From NCBI GenBank assembly GCA_003542575.1, contig DPKJ01000014.1, forward strand, positions 6,596 to 70,595: a stretch of DNA of 64,000 nt, written 5' to 3'. Origin of the DNA: Rikenellaceae bacterium. Its GTDB lineage: Bacteria > Bacteroidota > Bacteroidia > Bacteroidales > UBA932. The notes beneath the pieces were generated by a model. It saw nothing but the letters and a program-made list of their open reading frames with translations, was not told the DNA's origin and did not search any database. A program made the position numbers and the translations under genes. How positions within the stretch are numbered: the stretch's first letter is position 1; each line of letters starts with the position of its first letter. This document shows, one piece after another, positions 1 through 10,439 of the stretch.

Positions 1-363
1 TCCACGTTCATGTTTGAAATTGCGTTTTTGAGAGAGATCTCCGTAAATAGGGGTAATCTCATCTACCCCAATTTCAACAGCTTTCTCTATGAACCATTCA
101 TATCTGTCAGGGTTTTTAACCAACGAAACAGCCATATGCAAATAATATGGCCTTGGGGCAGGATCGCCCAGCACCTCCGTTATTTTAAGAAGAGCCTCCT
201 TACCTGCAGAGACAATCTCCGCATTGTAAAGTGAGCCTCTGCCATCGGTGATTGTTATTATGTCACCGGGCTTGTTCCTTAGAACCTTAATACAGTGTGT
301 TGTCTCCTCAGCTCCAAGAGAAGCTGTCTGACCATTTATGATATTTGCAAAAAAGAGTTCCAT
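1..363 (-). CDS. rsmE: 16S rRNA m3U1498 methyltransferase RsmE, N-terminal part (runs off window edge; absent from ORF track)
   Basis: Manual translation from ATG at 363: MELFFANIINGQTASLGAEETTHCIKVLRNKPGDIITITDGRG...KNPDRYEWFIEKAVEIGVDEITP, with the RsmE H-x-x-x-VLR and EKAxEIG motifs. Confidence 0.9.
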   Translation of the reverse strand, partial: MELFFANIINGQTASLGAEETTHCIKVLRNKPGDIITITDGRGSLYNAEIVSAGKEALLKITEVLGDPAPRPYYLHMAVSLVKNPDRYEWFIEKAVEIGVDEITPIYGDLSQKRNFKHERG

Positions 364-417
364 ATTAAAGACAAATATATTTAAAAAGGTTATTTTTGTC
401 TATAAATGATTTAAAAA

Positions 418-1608
418 ATGGACAAAGTTGTTACTAACAGATACACGGCTCTTGATGTACTAAGAGGTATGACAATAGCCGGAATGATACTGGTAAACAA
501 TCCCGGAACATGGGGAAAAATATTTCCGCCGCTCAAACATGCAGCCTGGCACGGATGCACCCCAACCGATCTGGTATTCCCATTCTTCCTCTTTATTGTT
601 GGAGCAGCTCTCTCTTTTGCCTTTGCAAAATACAACGACACCCTCAACAAAGAGTCTGTAAAAAAGGTCATAAAAAGATCGTTTCTCATCTTTCTTACAG
701 GTCTGCTTCTTAACGCTTTCCCTTTTTATAATACCAGTCCGTCTCCGGAGCTCTCATTTGGAGAAAACTGGTTGGTTTATATTCAAAACCTGAGAATTTT
801 TGGAGTTCTTCAAAGAATCGCACTCTGTTACATGGTTGGGGCGCTTGTTGCTCTCTGGCTTCAAAAACCCAAAAAGATAATAGTTGCAGGCTCGGTTTTA
901 ATGCTGCTTCATCTGCTGATTCTCGTTATTTTCGGGACAGGTGACCCATTTTCAAAAGAGGGAACAATTGCCGGCAGTATTGATGTTGCACTTGTAGGAA
1001 TTACACACGTTTACAAAGGATTTGGCATGCCATTCGACCCCGAAGGTCTGCTTGGTGTGCTCTCCGGCTCTGCTACCGTTCTATTCGGCTATCTTGTTGG
1101 CGGGCATATTCGCAAAAGTGCCAATAAAACAGAGGCTGTCGGTGACCTATACACCATTGGACTTATAGCTCTTGGAGTGGGTGTGGTTCTTAGCACAGTC
1201 ATACCTATCAACAAACCCCTCTGGACACCATCTTATGTGTTTTACGCAGGTGGCTGGTCAGTACTAATGCTGGCACTGTTCATCTACTTTATTGATATCA
1301 AGGGAAAAGAGAAGATTTTCTACCCATTTAAGGCACTGGGGCTAAACCCTCTGTTCGCATTTGTGATGGCAGGTGTTTTTGCCAAAACGCTGGGCAGAAT
1401 CATCAAATGGCAAACATCTGTATTACAGGATGATGGAACATTCAAAGAGATCACTACAAACGCATCATCATGGATATACCAAAACTGCTGCGTTCCTCTG
1501 CTTGGCAATAACGAATGGGGTTCACTGTTGTACGCTTTGGGATATGTTACCATCTTCACAACAATGGCAATAATCCTGTACAAGAAGAAAATCGTAATTA
1601 AACTCTGA
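418..1608 (+). CDS. HGSNAT/NagX-like membrane acyltransferase (DUF5009/DUF1624 type)
   Basis: LDVLRG...MILVNNPG, HAAWHGCTPTDLVFPFFLFIVG, GVLQRIA, DPEG and PINKPLWTPS motifs; multiple TM helices. Confidence 0.85.
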   Translation: MDKVVTNRYTALDVLRGMTIAGMILVNNPGTWGKIFPPLKHAAWHGCTPTDLVFPFFLFIVGAALSFAFAKYNDTLNKESVKKVIKRSFLIFLTGLLLNAFPFYNTSPSPELSFGENWLVYIQNLRIFGVLQRIALCYMVGALVALWLQKPKKIIVAGSVLMLLHLLILVIFGTGDPFSKEGTIAGSIDVALVGITHVYKGFGMPFDPEGLLGVLSGSATVLFGYLVGGHIRKSANKTEAVGDLYTIGLIALGVGVVLSTVIPINKPLWTPSYVFYAGGWSVLMLALFIYFIDIKGKEKIFYPFKALGLNPLFAFVMAGVFAKTLGRIIKWQTSVLQDDGTFKEITTNASSWIYQNCCVPLLGNNEWGSLLYALGYVTIFTTMAIILYKKKIVIKL

Positions 1609-1616
1609 CCATTCGG

Positions 1617-2108
1617 ATGCCCATAATAGGACTGTTATCAGACACACATTGCCACTTTGACGATAAGCTTCGCCATTTTTTTGCTAATACAGACGAAGTA
1701 TGGCATGCCGGAGATTTTGGCAACATTGCCGTTTCGGACGCAATATCTGCGATGAAATCTTTAAAAGGTGTTTACGGAAACTGCGATGGACAGGATGTGA
1801 GGTTGGTTCACCCATATATTCAGCTTTTTGAAATGGAGGGGTTAAAGTTTCTAATGATGCACATTGGAGGTTACCCCGGCAGATACGACCACAGAGCTCT
1901 TCAGCTTATTCATGCCCACAAGCCCGATGTATTCATATGCGGCCACTCCCATATTCTAAAAGTAATTAACGACAAAGCCAATAATCTCATATGTATAAAT
2001 CCCGGAGCCGCAGGCATTCAGGGGTTTCATAATGTGAGAACTGCAATCCGTTTCAGGGTTCATAACGGTGCTCTTCACGATATGGAGGTTGGGGAATGGA
2101 AATACTAA
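1617..2108 (+). CDS. Metallophosphoesterase, YfcE/MJ0936 family
   Basis: SDTH, HAGD, GNCD, GHSH and NPG motifs. Confidence 0.88.
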   Translation: MPIIGLLSDTHCHFDDKLRHFFANTDEVWHAGDFGNIAVSDAISAMKSLKGVYGNCDGQDVRLVHPYIQLFEMEGLKFLMMHIGGYPGRYDHRALQLIHAHKPDVFICGHSHILKVINDKANNLICINPGAAGIQGFHNVRTAIRFRVHNGALHDMEVGEWKY

Positions 2109-2148
2109 CCTTTACAAAATGATTATTACTACCAAATTATACTAAATT

Positions 2149-4590
2149 ATGACAAAAAAATCTCTGTTTATTCTAATGCTGCTCTTCACGGGGCTGCTTT
2201 GCAGTGCACAGCAAACTCCGGTAACATCGGCAAACTATGAACTTGCAGCTCGTTTTTCGCCAAAAAGGGTCAATAAGCTCGTCTTCTCAACAGCTGTAAA
2301 CCCAAACTGGTTTAAGAATTCTGATAAATTCTGGTACATCTACCAGACACCCGAAGGTACATTCTACTACATTGTAGATCCTGCAACCGGAGCAAAAAAA
2401 CCAATCTTTGACAACGCAAAGCTTGCCGCTCAGCTTATCGAGATTGTAAAAGATCCGTTTGACGCTCAAAACATTCCTATTCAAGCATTTAAGCTTGTAG
2501 ATGATCGCAAATTCACCTTTGAGATCAAAAGCACGGTTGATATTGAGGTTAAGGACGAAAAGACCGGAAAACCAAAAAAGGAGAAGAAGGTACACGGATT
2601 TGAAATCGATATTGCTACAGGCAACCTTACCGAAATTAAAGACTACAAATCTCCAAAGCCATACCCAAGATGGGGCAGCGTATCTCCTGACAAACAATAT
2701 GTTGTTTTCTCAAGAGATTTCAATCTCTATTATATGGACATGGAGAACTTTGAGAAGGCAAGAAAGAACGATGAGGACTCTACAATTGTAGAGCATCAGC
2801 TCACTACAGAGGGAACACAGGAATTTGGATTTGGTTCGGGTGACAACGATTTCTATGTAACAGAGAAAGATAAGAAAAAGAGAACCGGTGCATTCATTGT
2901 ATGGTCGCCTGATTCGAAGAGATTTGCAATGGTGCGCAGCAACACCTCTAAGGTTAAAGACCTGTGGGTTATTGATGTACTTGCAGAGCCAAGACCAAAA
3001 CTTGAAAGATATAAATACCACATGCCCGGTGAATCTGAAGCCCCATCGAGACACCTCTACGTTTATGACATGGAGTCAAAAACTGCCAAAGAGATAGGTA
3101 TGGCTGCATTCAAAGATCAGGAGATAAGAGTCAGCACCACTCCACAACTCAAAAAGAATATGTTTGACGAGATAAGACACAATGTATGGCTTGGCGATAA
3201 TGAGAACTTTTATGTTTCAAGGGTAAGCCGTGACCTCAAAAAGGTTGATTTTTGCTTGGCTAATGTAAACGTAGATACAGTTAAAACTCTTGTAGAGGAG
3301 AGGCTTAACACATACGTTGAGACACGCTCAGTAAGAACCGTTAACAATGGTAAAGAGTTTATCTGGTGGTCAGAGAGAACAGGTTGGGCACACCTTTACC
3401 TCTATGATGGCGACGGTAAACTAAAAAATGCCATCACATCGGGAGAGTACCATGTAGAAGATGTTGTTGCAGTTGACCCGGTTCAGAGGGTTATCTACTT
3501 TACCGCAAACGCAAAAGAGAGTGGAGAAAACCCATACTACACTCATCAATACAGAGTTAACTTTGACGGATCAAACCTAAGACTTCTGAATCCCGGTGAC
3601 TTTAACCATGAGGCAAATGTATCTGACAACGGTAAATACTTTGTAAACAACTACTCAAGAGTAGATACAGCACCTAAATCTTCACTATATGACAATAACG
3701 GCAAAAAATTGGTCGATCTTGAGCAGACAGACCTTACCCAGCTCTTTGCAATTGGTTATAAATTCCCTGAAAGGTTTACCGTAAAGGCCGGTGATGGAAA
3801 AACAGACCTGTACGGAGTAATGTACAAGCCATTTGATTTTGACTCTACAAAACTCTATCCTATAATCGAATACGTTTACCCGGGACCTCAAACCGAGGCG
3901 GTAAATGCATCCTGGACAAAGGGTATGGACAGGGTTGACCGTCTTGCTCAGTTTGGATTCATCGTTATTACTGTGGGTAACCGCGGAGGACACCCTGCAA
4001 GATCTAAGTGGTACCACAACTACGGTTACGGAAACCTTAGAGATTACGGACTCGAAGATAAGAAGGTGGTTGCAGAGAAGCTAGCTGCTAAACACAAATT
4101 CATTGACATCAATAAGGTTGGTATTCATGGGCACTCAGGCGGAGGTTTTATGTCAACAGCCGCTATGCTGGTTTATCCGGACTTCTTCAAGGTTGCAGTA
4201 TCAAGCGCAGGTAACCACGAAAACAATATCTACAACCGCTGGTGGAGTGAGCAACACCACGGAGTACTGGAGCAAATTACCGAAAAGGGCGATACTACAT
4301 TCAAATACAGCATTGACAGGAACTCTCAGATAGCTAAGAATCTTAAAGGCCATCTGATGCTTGTTCATGGCGACATTGACAATAATGTACACCCGGCAAA
4401 CACAATGAGAATGGTAAACGCACTTATCAAGGCAAACAAGAGATTTGACATGCTCATGCTCCCTGGTCAGAGACACGGATTTGGTGATATGACCGAATAC
4501 TTCTTCTGGAGAATGGGCGACTATTTTAGCAAGCATCTGATTGGAGATTCACGCGAAGAGAGGGAGATTCCCCAAATGAATAACAACTGA
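2149..4590 (+). CDS. S9 family peptidase (dipeptidyl-peptidase IV-like), secreted
   Basis: Signal peptide, propeller region, YPGP, GHSGGG nucleophile elbow, HGDIDNNVH and RHG triad motifs. Confidence 0.9.
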   Translation: MTKKSLFILMLLFTGLLCSAQQTPVTSANYELAARFSPKRVNKLVFSTAVNPNWFKNSDKFWYIYQTPEGTFYYIVDPATGAKKPIFDNAKLAAQLIEIVKDPFDAQNIPIQAFKLVDDRKFTFEIKSTVDIEVKDEKTGKPKKEKKVHGFEIDIATGNLTEIKDYKSPKPYPRWGSVSPDKQYVVFSRDFNLYYMDMENFEKARKNDEDSTIVEHQLTTEGTQEFGFGSGDNDFYVTEKDKKKRTGAFIVWSPDSKRFAMVRSNTSKVKDLWVIDVLAEPRPKLERYKYHMPGESEAPSRHLYVYDMESKTAKEIGMAAFKDQEIRVSTTPQLKKNMFDEIRHNVWLGDNENFYVSRVSRDLKKVDFCLANVNVDTVKTLVEERLNTYVETRSVRTVNNGKEFIWWSERTGWAHLYLYDGDGKLKNAITSGEYHVEDVVAVDPVQRVIYFTANAKESGENPYYTHQYRVNFDGSNLRLLNPGDFNHEANVSDNGKYFVNNYSRVDTAPKSSLYDNNGKKLVDLEQTDLTQLFAIGYKFPERFTVKAGDGKTDLYGVMYKPFDFDSTKLYPIIEYVYPGPQTEAVNASWTKGMDRVDRLAQFGFIVITVGNRGGHPARSKWYHNYGYGNLRDYGLEDKKVVAEKLAAKHKFIDINKVGIHGHSGGGFMSTAAMLVYPDFFKVAVSSAGNHENNIYNRWWSEQHHGVLEQITEKGDTTFKYSIDRNSQIAKNLKGHLMLVHGDIDNNVHPANTMRMVNALIKANKRFDMLMLPGQRHGFGDMTEYFFWRMGDYFSKHLIGDSREEREIPQMNNN

Positions 4591-4619
4591 TAATTCTGAC
4601 AAACAGAGTGTAATTATTT

Positions 4620-4658
4620 TCCCGGAGCGATATCATGACAATATCCTCCGGGATTTTT
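4620..4658 (+). terminator. Intrinsic terminator after the S9 peptidase
   Basis: TCCCGGAG...CTCCGGGA stem followed by TTTTT. Confidence 0.75.
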
Positions 4659-4689
4659 AATTATACTATTTTAACATAATAGTATAATT
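4659..4689. promoter_or_regulatory. Perfect 12-bp inverted repeat, candidate operator upstream of the FadL-family gene
   Basis: AATTATACTATT-N7-AATAGTATAATT, about 70 bp upstream of a TAGATTTG -7 element at 4758-4765. Confidence 0.4.
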
Positions 4690-4787
4690 TTAAAATTTTG
4701 ATTAATTGCCTATTGCATATTTTTCCATTTAAGGGTATAATGTATTCATATAAATATTAGATTTGTTGCGTTTTAAAACTTTTAATT

Positions 4788-6134
4788 ATGAAACTAAGAA
4801 AACTATCACTATTACTGTTGGCAGGTTTTGTCAGCTTGAATCTAATGGCAGAGGGGTATCAGATAAATTCACAAAGCTCCCGTCAGGTTGGTATGGGACA
4901 CCTTGGAACAGCACTCAGACTTGGATCGGAGAGTATGCTCTTCAACCCTGCGGGTCTCTCCTTTATGGAAAGTAAAATTGAGTTGTCATTCGGCGCAAAC
5001 GCAATTTTTTCAAAAGTAAAGTATACTAACGGCGCCTTCTCAACAGAGTCTGACAATCCGATTGGAACTCCAATCTTCGGCTATGTGGGATACAAATTGA
5101 GCGATAAATTCTTTGCCGGTGTCAGCATCACAAACCCTGTGGGCAATTCACTTGTTTGGCCTGACAACTGGGCAGGTGCACACCATGTTCAAAACATCTC
5201 ATTAAAAGCATTCTCTGTCCAGCCTACAATCTCCTACAAAATTAGTGACCAGTTAAGTATAGGGGCAGGTCTGATGGTTGATTTCGGCAGTTTTGCAATC
5301 GAAAAGGCACTTACCCGAATGGGAGCACTTGCGCCAATAGGAGTAATGGTACCTACATACAAACCAATTCTTGATATGTATGCAAACGTGCCTTCTGTTA
5401 CAGCCAAGCTTGAGGGCGAATCAGAGATAGGAATCGGCTTTAATGCAGGTATTCTATACACACCAAATGATAAGCTGAGCATAGGTATATCTTACCGCTC
5501 AAAGGTTATGATGGAGGTGAGTTCAGGTACAGCAAGCGTTTCCTATGCAGGTCCCGAAATGCAGGCACTTATAACAGGAATCAACACAATGATGCCGGGA
5601 ACTGTTCCAATCCCTCCAATAGACGGAAAGAACTTCTCAGCATCACTCCCTATTCCTTCAAACCTTAATGTGGGTGTGGCATACAAAACAAGCGAAAAGC
5701 TACTTCTATCAGCAGAGATTCAGTATGTAGGCTGGAGTGCTTATGAAAACCTGACAATTCAGTTTGGTTCAGATGCCGGTAATCTTAAACTGCTTTCCAT
5801 TAGAAATTTCAAAAACACTGCTATCTACCGTTTTGGTGGAGAAGTTTATGCAAGCGATAAGTTTACATGGCGTTTCGGTGCCATTTATGACACAACTCCG
5901 GTTGACAAAATGTATTATACACCTGAAACCCCGGGAGCAAACAAGTTCAGTCTTACAACAGGTATGACCTACAAGGTTAGCAATGCAATTGCTATTGACG
6001 CTGCTCTTCAGGGACTATGCGGACAGAAGATTAAAGGTTATGTTCCTGAAACATGGAACCCTAACGTAAACTTCTTTGGCGAATACAAATCAACAGCTCT
6101 TATACCTTCGCTAGGTCTTAAGATCAATTTCTAA
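4788..6134 (+). CDS. OmpP1/FadL family outer membrane transporter
   Basis: Signal peptide, EGYQIN...GMG N-terminus, FNPAG hatch motif, C-terminal aromatic residue (KINF). Confidence 0.85.
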   Translation: MKLRKLSLLLLAGFVSLNLMAEGYQINSQSSRQVGMGHLGTALRLGSESMLFNPAGLSFMESKIELSFGANAIFSKVKYTNGAFSTESDNPIGTPIFGYVGYKLSDKFFAGVSITNPVGNSLVWPDNWAGAHHVQNISLKAFSVQPTISYKISDQLSIGAGLMVDFGSFAIEKALTRMGALAPIGVMVPTYKPILDMYANVPSVTAKLEGESEIGIGFNAGILYTPNDKLSIGISYRSKVMMEVSSGTASVSYAGPEMQALITGINTMMPGTVPIPPIDGKNFSASLPIPSNLNVGVAYKTSEKLLLSAEIQYVGWSAYENLTIQFGSDAGNLKLLSIRNFKNTAIYRFGGEVYASDKFTWRFGAIYDTTPVDKMYYTPETPGANKFSLTTGMTYKVSNAIAIDAALQGLCGQKIKGYVPETWNPNVNFFGEYKSTALIPSLGLKINF

Positions 6135-6167
6135 AAATTAACTACTTTTGCGCAGGGAATAAAGTCT

Positions 6168-7211
6168 ATGCCAAAAGTTATAAGTACACAGGAGTTTTTG
6201 AATCTTTCAAAAACGATTCCAATAATAGATGTGAGATCCCCGGGAGAATATGACCACGCTCATATTCCCGGGGCTCTTAGTTTACCACTCTTTTCAAACG
6301 AAGAGAGGGCCGAGGTAGGCACAATTTACAAACAGAGAGGCAGGGTTAAGGCCGTTCAAAGAGGGCTGGAAATAGTAGGCCCCAAGATGTCTCAATTTTC
6401 AAAATCAGCCCTTTCACTCAATAGTCAGCAGGTTCTTGTTCATTGCTGGAGAGGAGGTATGCGAAGCTCATCAATGGCCTGGCTTCTTGAAACTCTGGGG
6501 CTGGAGTGCTACCTGCTTGAGGGTGGATACAAAAGTTACCGAAACCACGTATTAAACAGTTTTGAAAAAAAGCTTAAGATAGTCCTTCTTGGAGGTTTCA
6601 CAGGCTCCGGCAAAACTGACCTCCTCACAATATTAAAAGATTCCGGAGAGCAGATTATAGACCTCGAAGGGCTTGCGAATCACAAAGGTTCGGCATTCGG
6701 ATCAATTGGTCTCCCCCCTCAACCATCAAATGAGATGTTTGAGAACATATTGTCAGAAGAGATCATTGGTACTAACCCTGATAAATTTGTCTGGATAGAG
6801 GATGAGAGCCGCAATGTTGGAAAGGTGTTTGTTCCCGAGAAACTATGGCTACAAATGCGCACTGCACCGCTTATAAAGATTGACACCCCGTTTGATACCA
6901 GAGTAGAGAGGTTAATCAGAGACTACGCAACCGACGATACCAAACCCCTTGAGATGTCAATCGCCAAAATTGAGAAGAGGCTCGGGTATGATAATTGCAA
7001 GTTTGCCCTGGAGGCTTGCAGGAGGGGAGATCTTAAAAAGGCAGCAGAAATTTGCCTTATCTATTATGACAAAGCATACGCAAGTCAGCTTAACAACCGT
7101 TTTGGAGCAGATTGGGAAAAGCTGCCAACTCTAACTTATGCAGGAGAAAGCGGCAACAACATTTCACAGGAGCTAAAGAGCCTGGCAGAGACACTTAACA
7201 GAAACATTTAG
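6168..7211 (+). CDS. mnmH: tRNA 2-selenouridine synthase
   Basis: IDVRSPGEY, rhodanese CWRGGMRS, P-loop GFTGSGKT, DLEGLANHKGSAFG, EDES, YYDKAY; next to selD. Confidence 0.93.
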   Translation: MPKVISTQEFLNLSKTIPIIDVRSPGEYDHAHIPGALSLPLFSNEERAEVGTIYKQRGRVKAVQRGLEIVGPKMSQFSKSALSLNSQQVLVHCWRGGMRSSSMAWLLETLGLECYLLEGGYKSYRNHVLNSFEKKLKIVLLGGFTGSGKTDLLTILKDSGEQIIDLEGLANHKGSAFGSIGLPPQPSNEMFENILSEEIIGTNPDKFVWIEDESRNVGKVFVPEKLWLQMRTAPLIKIDTPFDTRVERLIRDYATDDTKPLEMSIAKIEKRLGYDNCKFALEACRRGDLKKAAEICLIYYDKAYASQLNNRFGADWEKLPTLTYAGESGNNISQELKSLAETLNRNI

Positions 7212-7226
7212 AGATTACTCAAGAAC

Positions 7227-7580
7227 ATGAGAAACGAAATAAATTCAAAAATTGCTTTAGTAATAAGCCGTGAAGGGATGGGAGAAGCTCCCCCTGAACT
7301 CTCTTTGACATTAATTAAAAACTATCTTGCCCTTTTGGTTCAGGAGGGTAAAATTCCGGCATATATATGCCTTTACGGTAACGGAGTCAAATTAATATGC
7401 CAGGGATCTCCTGTTATTCAAGAGTTTAAAGCGATTGAAGAGAAGGGAAGCATAATAATAATTTGCAAGACCTGTCTTGCCTTTAATAACATACTCGATA
7501 AAACAGAAGCCGGCACTATCGGAACCATGGCCGACATTGTTGATGTTCAGCACAATTGCACAAAAATTATAAACCTGTAA
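7227..7580 (+). CDS. DsrE-fold sulfur/selenium relay protein (C-terminal domain of YedF-like selenium metabolism protein)
   Basis: GMGE...L...NGVKL and CKTCL (CxTC) motifs, GTIGTMADI; lies between mnmH and selD. Confidence 0.75.
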   Translation: MRNEINSKIALVISREGMGEAPPELSLTLIKNYLALLVQEGKIPAYICLYGNGVKLICQGSPVIQEFKAIEEKGSIIIICKTCLAFNNILDKTEAGTIGTMADIVDVQHNCTKIINL

Positions 7581-7590
7581 ACAATATAAA

Positions 7591-8625
7591 ATGAGCACTA
7601 TAAGACTCACTCAATTCAGCCCCGGTGCAGGATGCGGATGCAAAATAGCACCCAAAGATCTTGAGGAGATACTTAAGAACAGCCGTTCCAATCTGATATT
7701 TGAAAACCTGCTTGTTGGCAACGACAGCAAAGACGACGCTGCAGTTTATGACATAGGAGACGGCAAAGCAATAGTAAGTACAACTGACTTCTTTACCCCA
7801 ATTGTTGACGACCCGTTCGATTTCGGCAGAATTTCGGCAACAAATGCTATCTCCGATATATATGCAATGGGAGGAAAACCTCTGATGGCCATAGCCATTC
7901 TTGGCTGGCCACTTGACAAACTCCCAGCAGAGATCGCTTCAAAGGTGATTTCAGGCGCGAGGGAGGTTTGCGACAAGGCGGGCATCCCACTTGCAGGCGG
8001 GCACAGCATTAACAGCACAGATCCCATCTTTGGACTCGCGGTAACGGGAATAGTCAGCAGTTCAAAGGTGAAGCAAAATAACAGTGCAACAGAAGGCTGC
8101 CTTCTTTACCTGACCAAACCATTGGGCATTGGGCTTGTCTCAACAGCTGAAAAATTTGGAGTGGCAAGAGATGAAGACAGAGCAGAAGCTACAAAGCTTA
8201 TGACAACCCTGAACACTGCAGGAATTGCATTTGCTGACAGACCGGAGGTAAGATCAATGACAGATGTAACCGGTTTCGGACTGCTTGGGCACTCTCTTGA
8301 GATGGCTGAGGGGAGCGGACTCAAGGCTGTGATAGAGTATGATAAGGTTCCAAGAATTGCTGGTGTTGACTACTACATTAAACAAGAGTGTATACCGGGT
8401 GGCACAAACAGAAACTTTAGCAGCTACGGACATAAGGTCTCTCCAATGACCGGAGATCAAAGGGCTCTTTTATGCGACCCTCAGACAAGCGGAGGCTTGC
8501 TCCTGGCAGTTGAAAAAGATATGGCAGAAGAGTTTGAGAGATACGCTGCATCGGAGGGAGTTACACTTACAGAGATAGGGTACTTCGTAAAAAAAGAGGA
8601 TCAATACCAGATTGAGGTTGTTTGA
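7591..8625 (+). CDS. selD: Selenide, water dikinase (Cys-type)
   Basis: [54 protein letters not shown]. Confidence 0.96.
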   Translation: MSTIRLTQFSPGAGCGCKIAPKDLEEILKNSRSNLIFENLLVGNDSKDDAAVYDIGDGKAIVSTTDFFTPIVDDPFDFGRISATNAISDIYAMGGKPLMAIAILGWPLDKLPAEIASKVISGAREVCDKAGIPLAGGHSINSTDPIFGLAVTGIVSSSKVKQNNSATEGCLLYLTKPLGIGLVSTAEKFGVARDEDRAEATKLMTTLNTAGIAFADRPEVRSMTDVTGFGLLGHSLEMAEGSGLKAVIEYDKVPRIAGVDYYIKQECIPGGTNRNFSSYGHKVSPMTGDQRALLCDPQTSGGLLLAVEKDMAEEFERYAASEGVTLTEIGYFVKKEDQYQIEVV

Positions 8626-8691
8626 TATTTGGCTGATTTGTTATCTTTACCCTCGGCAATTATTTTTTAAAAACTAACCCTTATAACAATT

Positions 8692-9858
8692 ATGAAGAAG
8701 ATTCTAATGCTTGCCCTGTTTGTCGTTTTCGGCTTATCGGCTTACGCACAAAATGTTAAAACCGGTGCCGAATCAATGAACGAATACCTTCCCCTTCTTA
8801 AAGGCAAAAAGGTGGCAGTTCTAACAAACCAGACAGGTATAATCGGAAAGTCACACCTTGTTGACTCGCTTGTAAGCCTTAAAGTAAATATTGTAGCCAT
8901 TCTCTCTCCTGAACACGGCTTCCGTGGTGATGCAGACGCAGGAGAGCATGTATCAAGCTCTGTTGACGAGAAAACAGGCATTCCAATCAAATCACTTTAT
9001 GACGGAAATACCGGCAAACCATCAGCTGACCTCATGAAGCAGATTGACGTTCTTGTATTTGACCTTCAGGATGTTGGAGTTAGGTTTTACACATACCTTA
9101 CAACAATGGCCAAAATGATGGAGGCATGTGCCGAGAATAAGGTTAAGATGATTGTTCTTGACAGACCAAATCCTATCGGATTTTATGTAGATGGTCCAAT
9201 CCTTGACATGAACTTCAGATCAGCAGTAGGCTGGTTGCCAATTCCAACAGTACACGGAATGACCCTGGGTGAACTTGCAGGAATGATTAACGGAGAAAAA
9301 TGGCTACCAAACGGAATCCAGTGTGATGTAACCGTAATCAAATGCAAAAACTACACTCACGCAACCATGTATGAACTTCCTGTTAAACCATCTCCAAACC
9401 TTCCAAATATGCGCTCTATCTACCTCTATCCATCAACCTGCTACTTTGAGGCAACTCCTGTAAGTTTGGGCAGAGGCACCGATGCTCCTTTCCAGGTTTA
9501 CGGGCACCCGAACATGAAGGGTTACGACTTTAAATTTACCCCAAGAAGCGTTCCTGGTGCTAAATTCCCTCCTCAGCTAAACAACGAATGTTATGGTGTT
9601 GACCTAAGCAAAGAGCCTTCAATCGAAGAGATCAACAAAGCGGGAATTAACCTTGAGTATGTAATTGATGCATATACCAATCTAAATCTTGACGACCACT
9701 TCTTCCGTCCGTTTTTCGAAAGGCTAATTGGTCGCGACTATGTTCGCAAAATGATAAAAGATGGTAAATCTGCTGCCGAGATTAAGGCAATGTGGGCAGA
9801 CGATGTTGAGAAATTTAAAAAACAGCGTAAACCTTACCTGCTTTACCCGGAAAATTAA
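8692..9858 (+). CDS. namZ: Exo-beta-N-acetylmuramidase NamZ (DUF1343/YbbC family)
   Basis: TNQTG, SPEHGFRG, FDLQDVGVRFYTY, LDRPNP, HGMTLGELA, PSPNLP, GRGT. Confidence 0.88.
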   Translation: MKKILMLALFVVFGLSAYAQNVKTGAESMNEYLPLLKGKKVAVLTNQTGIIGKSHLVDSLVSLKVNIVAILSPEHGFRGDADAGEHVSSSVDEKTGIPIKSLYDGNTGKPSADLMKQIDVLVFDLQDVGVRFYTYLTTMAKMMEACAENKVKMIVLDRPNPIGFYVDGPILDMNFRSAVGWLPIPTVHGMTLGELAGMINGEKWLPNGIQCDVTVIKCKNYTHATMYELPVKPSPNLPNMRSIYLYPSTCYFEATPVSLGRGTDAPFQVYGHPNMKGYDFKFTPRSVPGAKFPPQLNNECYGVDLSKEPSIEEINKAGINLEYVIDAYTNLNLDDHFFRPFFERLIGRDYVRKMIKDGKSAAEIKAMWADDVEKFKKQRKPYLLYPEN

Positions 9859-10286
9859 TTTTCCTGAGAGCCGAATGTGAGCTCTCTGTAATGGTTATTA
9901 AGAACAGATATCTGCACTTTGAGAGTATCATCGGGCAATATCTGTTCTACTTTTTCGGGCCACTCTATAATACACAAATCACCGCTGTACAGGTACTCTT
10001 CAAATCCTATATCCAAAGCCTCTGCAATACTTTCAACTCTGTAGAAATCAAAATGGTAAACCGTCTCTCCCAAAGCGGTGCGGTACTCATTTACTATATT
10101 GAACGTAGGGCTGTTAACTCCATCAACAACTCCCAGCACACTGCACATTGCTTTTGTAAAAGTGGTCTTTCCGGCACCCATCCCTCCATACAATGCAATA
10201 ACACTGCTCCCACCTTTCATCTCCAGAAATCTTGCCGCCGCACTCTCTATATCCGACAATCCCTTAATAATAATCTTGTTAACCAT
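9855..10286 (-). CDS. tsaE: tRNA t6A37 biosynthesis ATPase
   Basis: GGMGAGKTTF, SPTF, YHFDFYR, IEWPE. Confidence 0.93.
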   Translation of the reverse strand: MVNKIIIKGLSDIESAAARFLEMKGGSSVIALYGGMGAGKTTFTKAMCSVLGVVDGVNSPTFNIVNEYRTALGETVYHFDFYRVESIAEALDIGFEEYLYSGDLCIIEWPEKVEQILPDDTLKVQISVLNNHYRELTFGSQEN

Positions 10287-10439
10287 CTCCTTACATTATA
10301 AGACTCCGCAAATTTACAAAATTCGCCAGACGAACCGCTCATTGGAGTCAAACAAATTAAAGTTTCAGAGATGAGTGTTTAAATACAACTTTTGCGAAAT
10401 ACTAAAGAGACTAGTGTTGTTGTGTATGAAGTTATAGAG

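Noticed and set aside
7591-8625. Selenocysteine (UGA readthrough) in SelD or neighbours
   Set aside because: The active-site codons are TGC (GAGCGCK). The only in-frame TGA is at the natural C-terminus, and no Sec machinery is seen.
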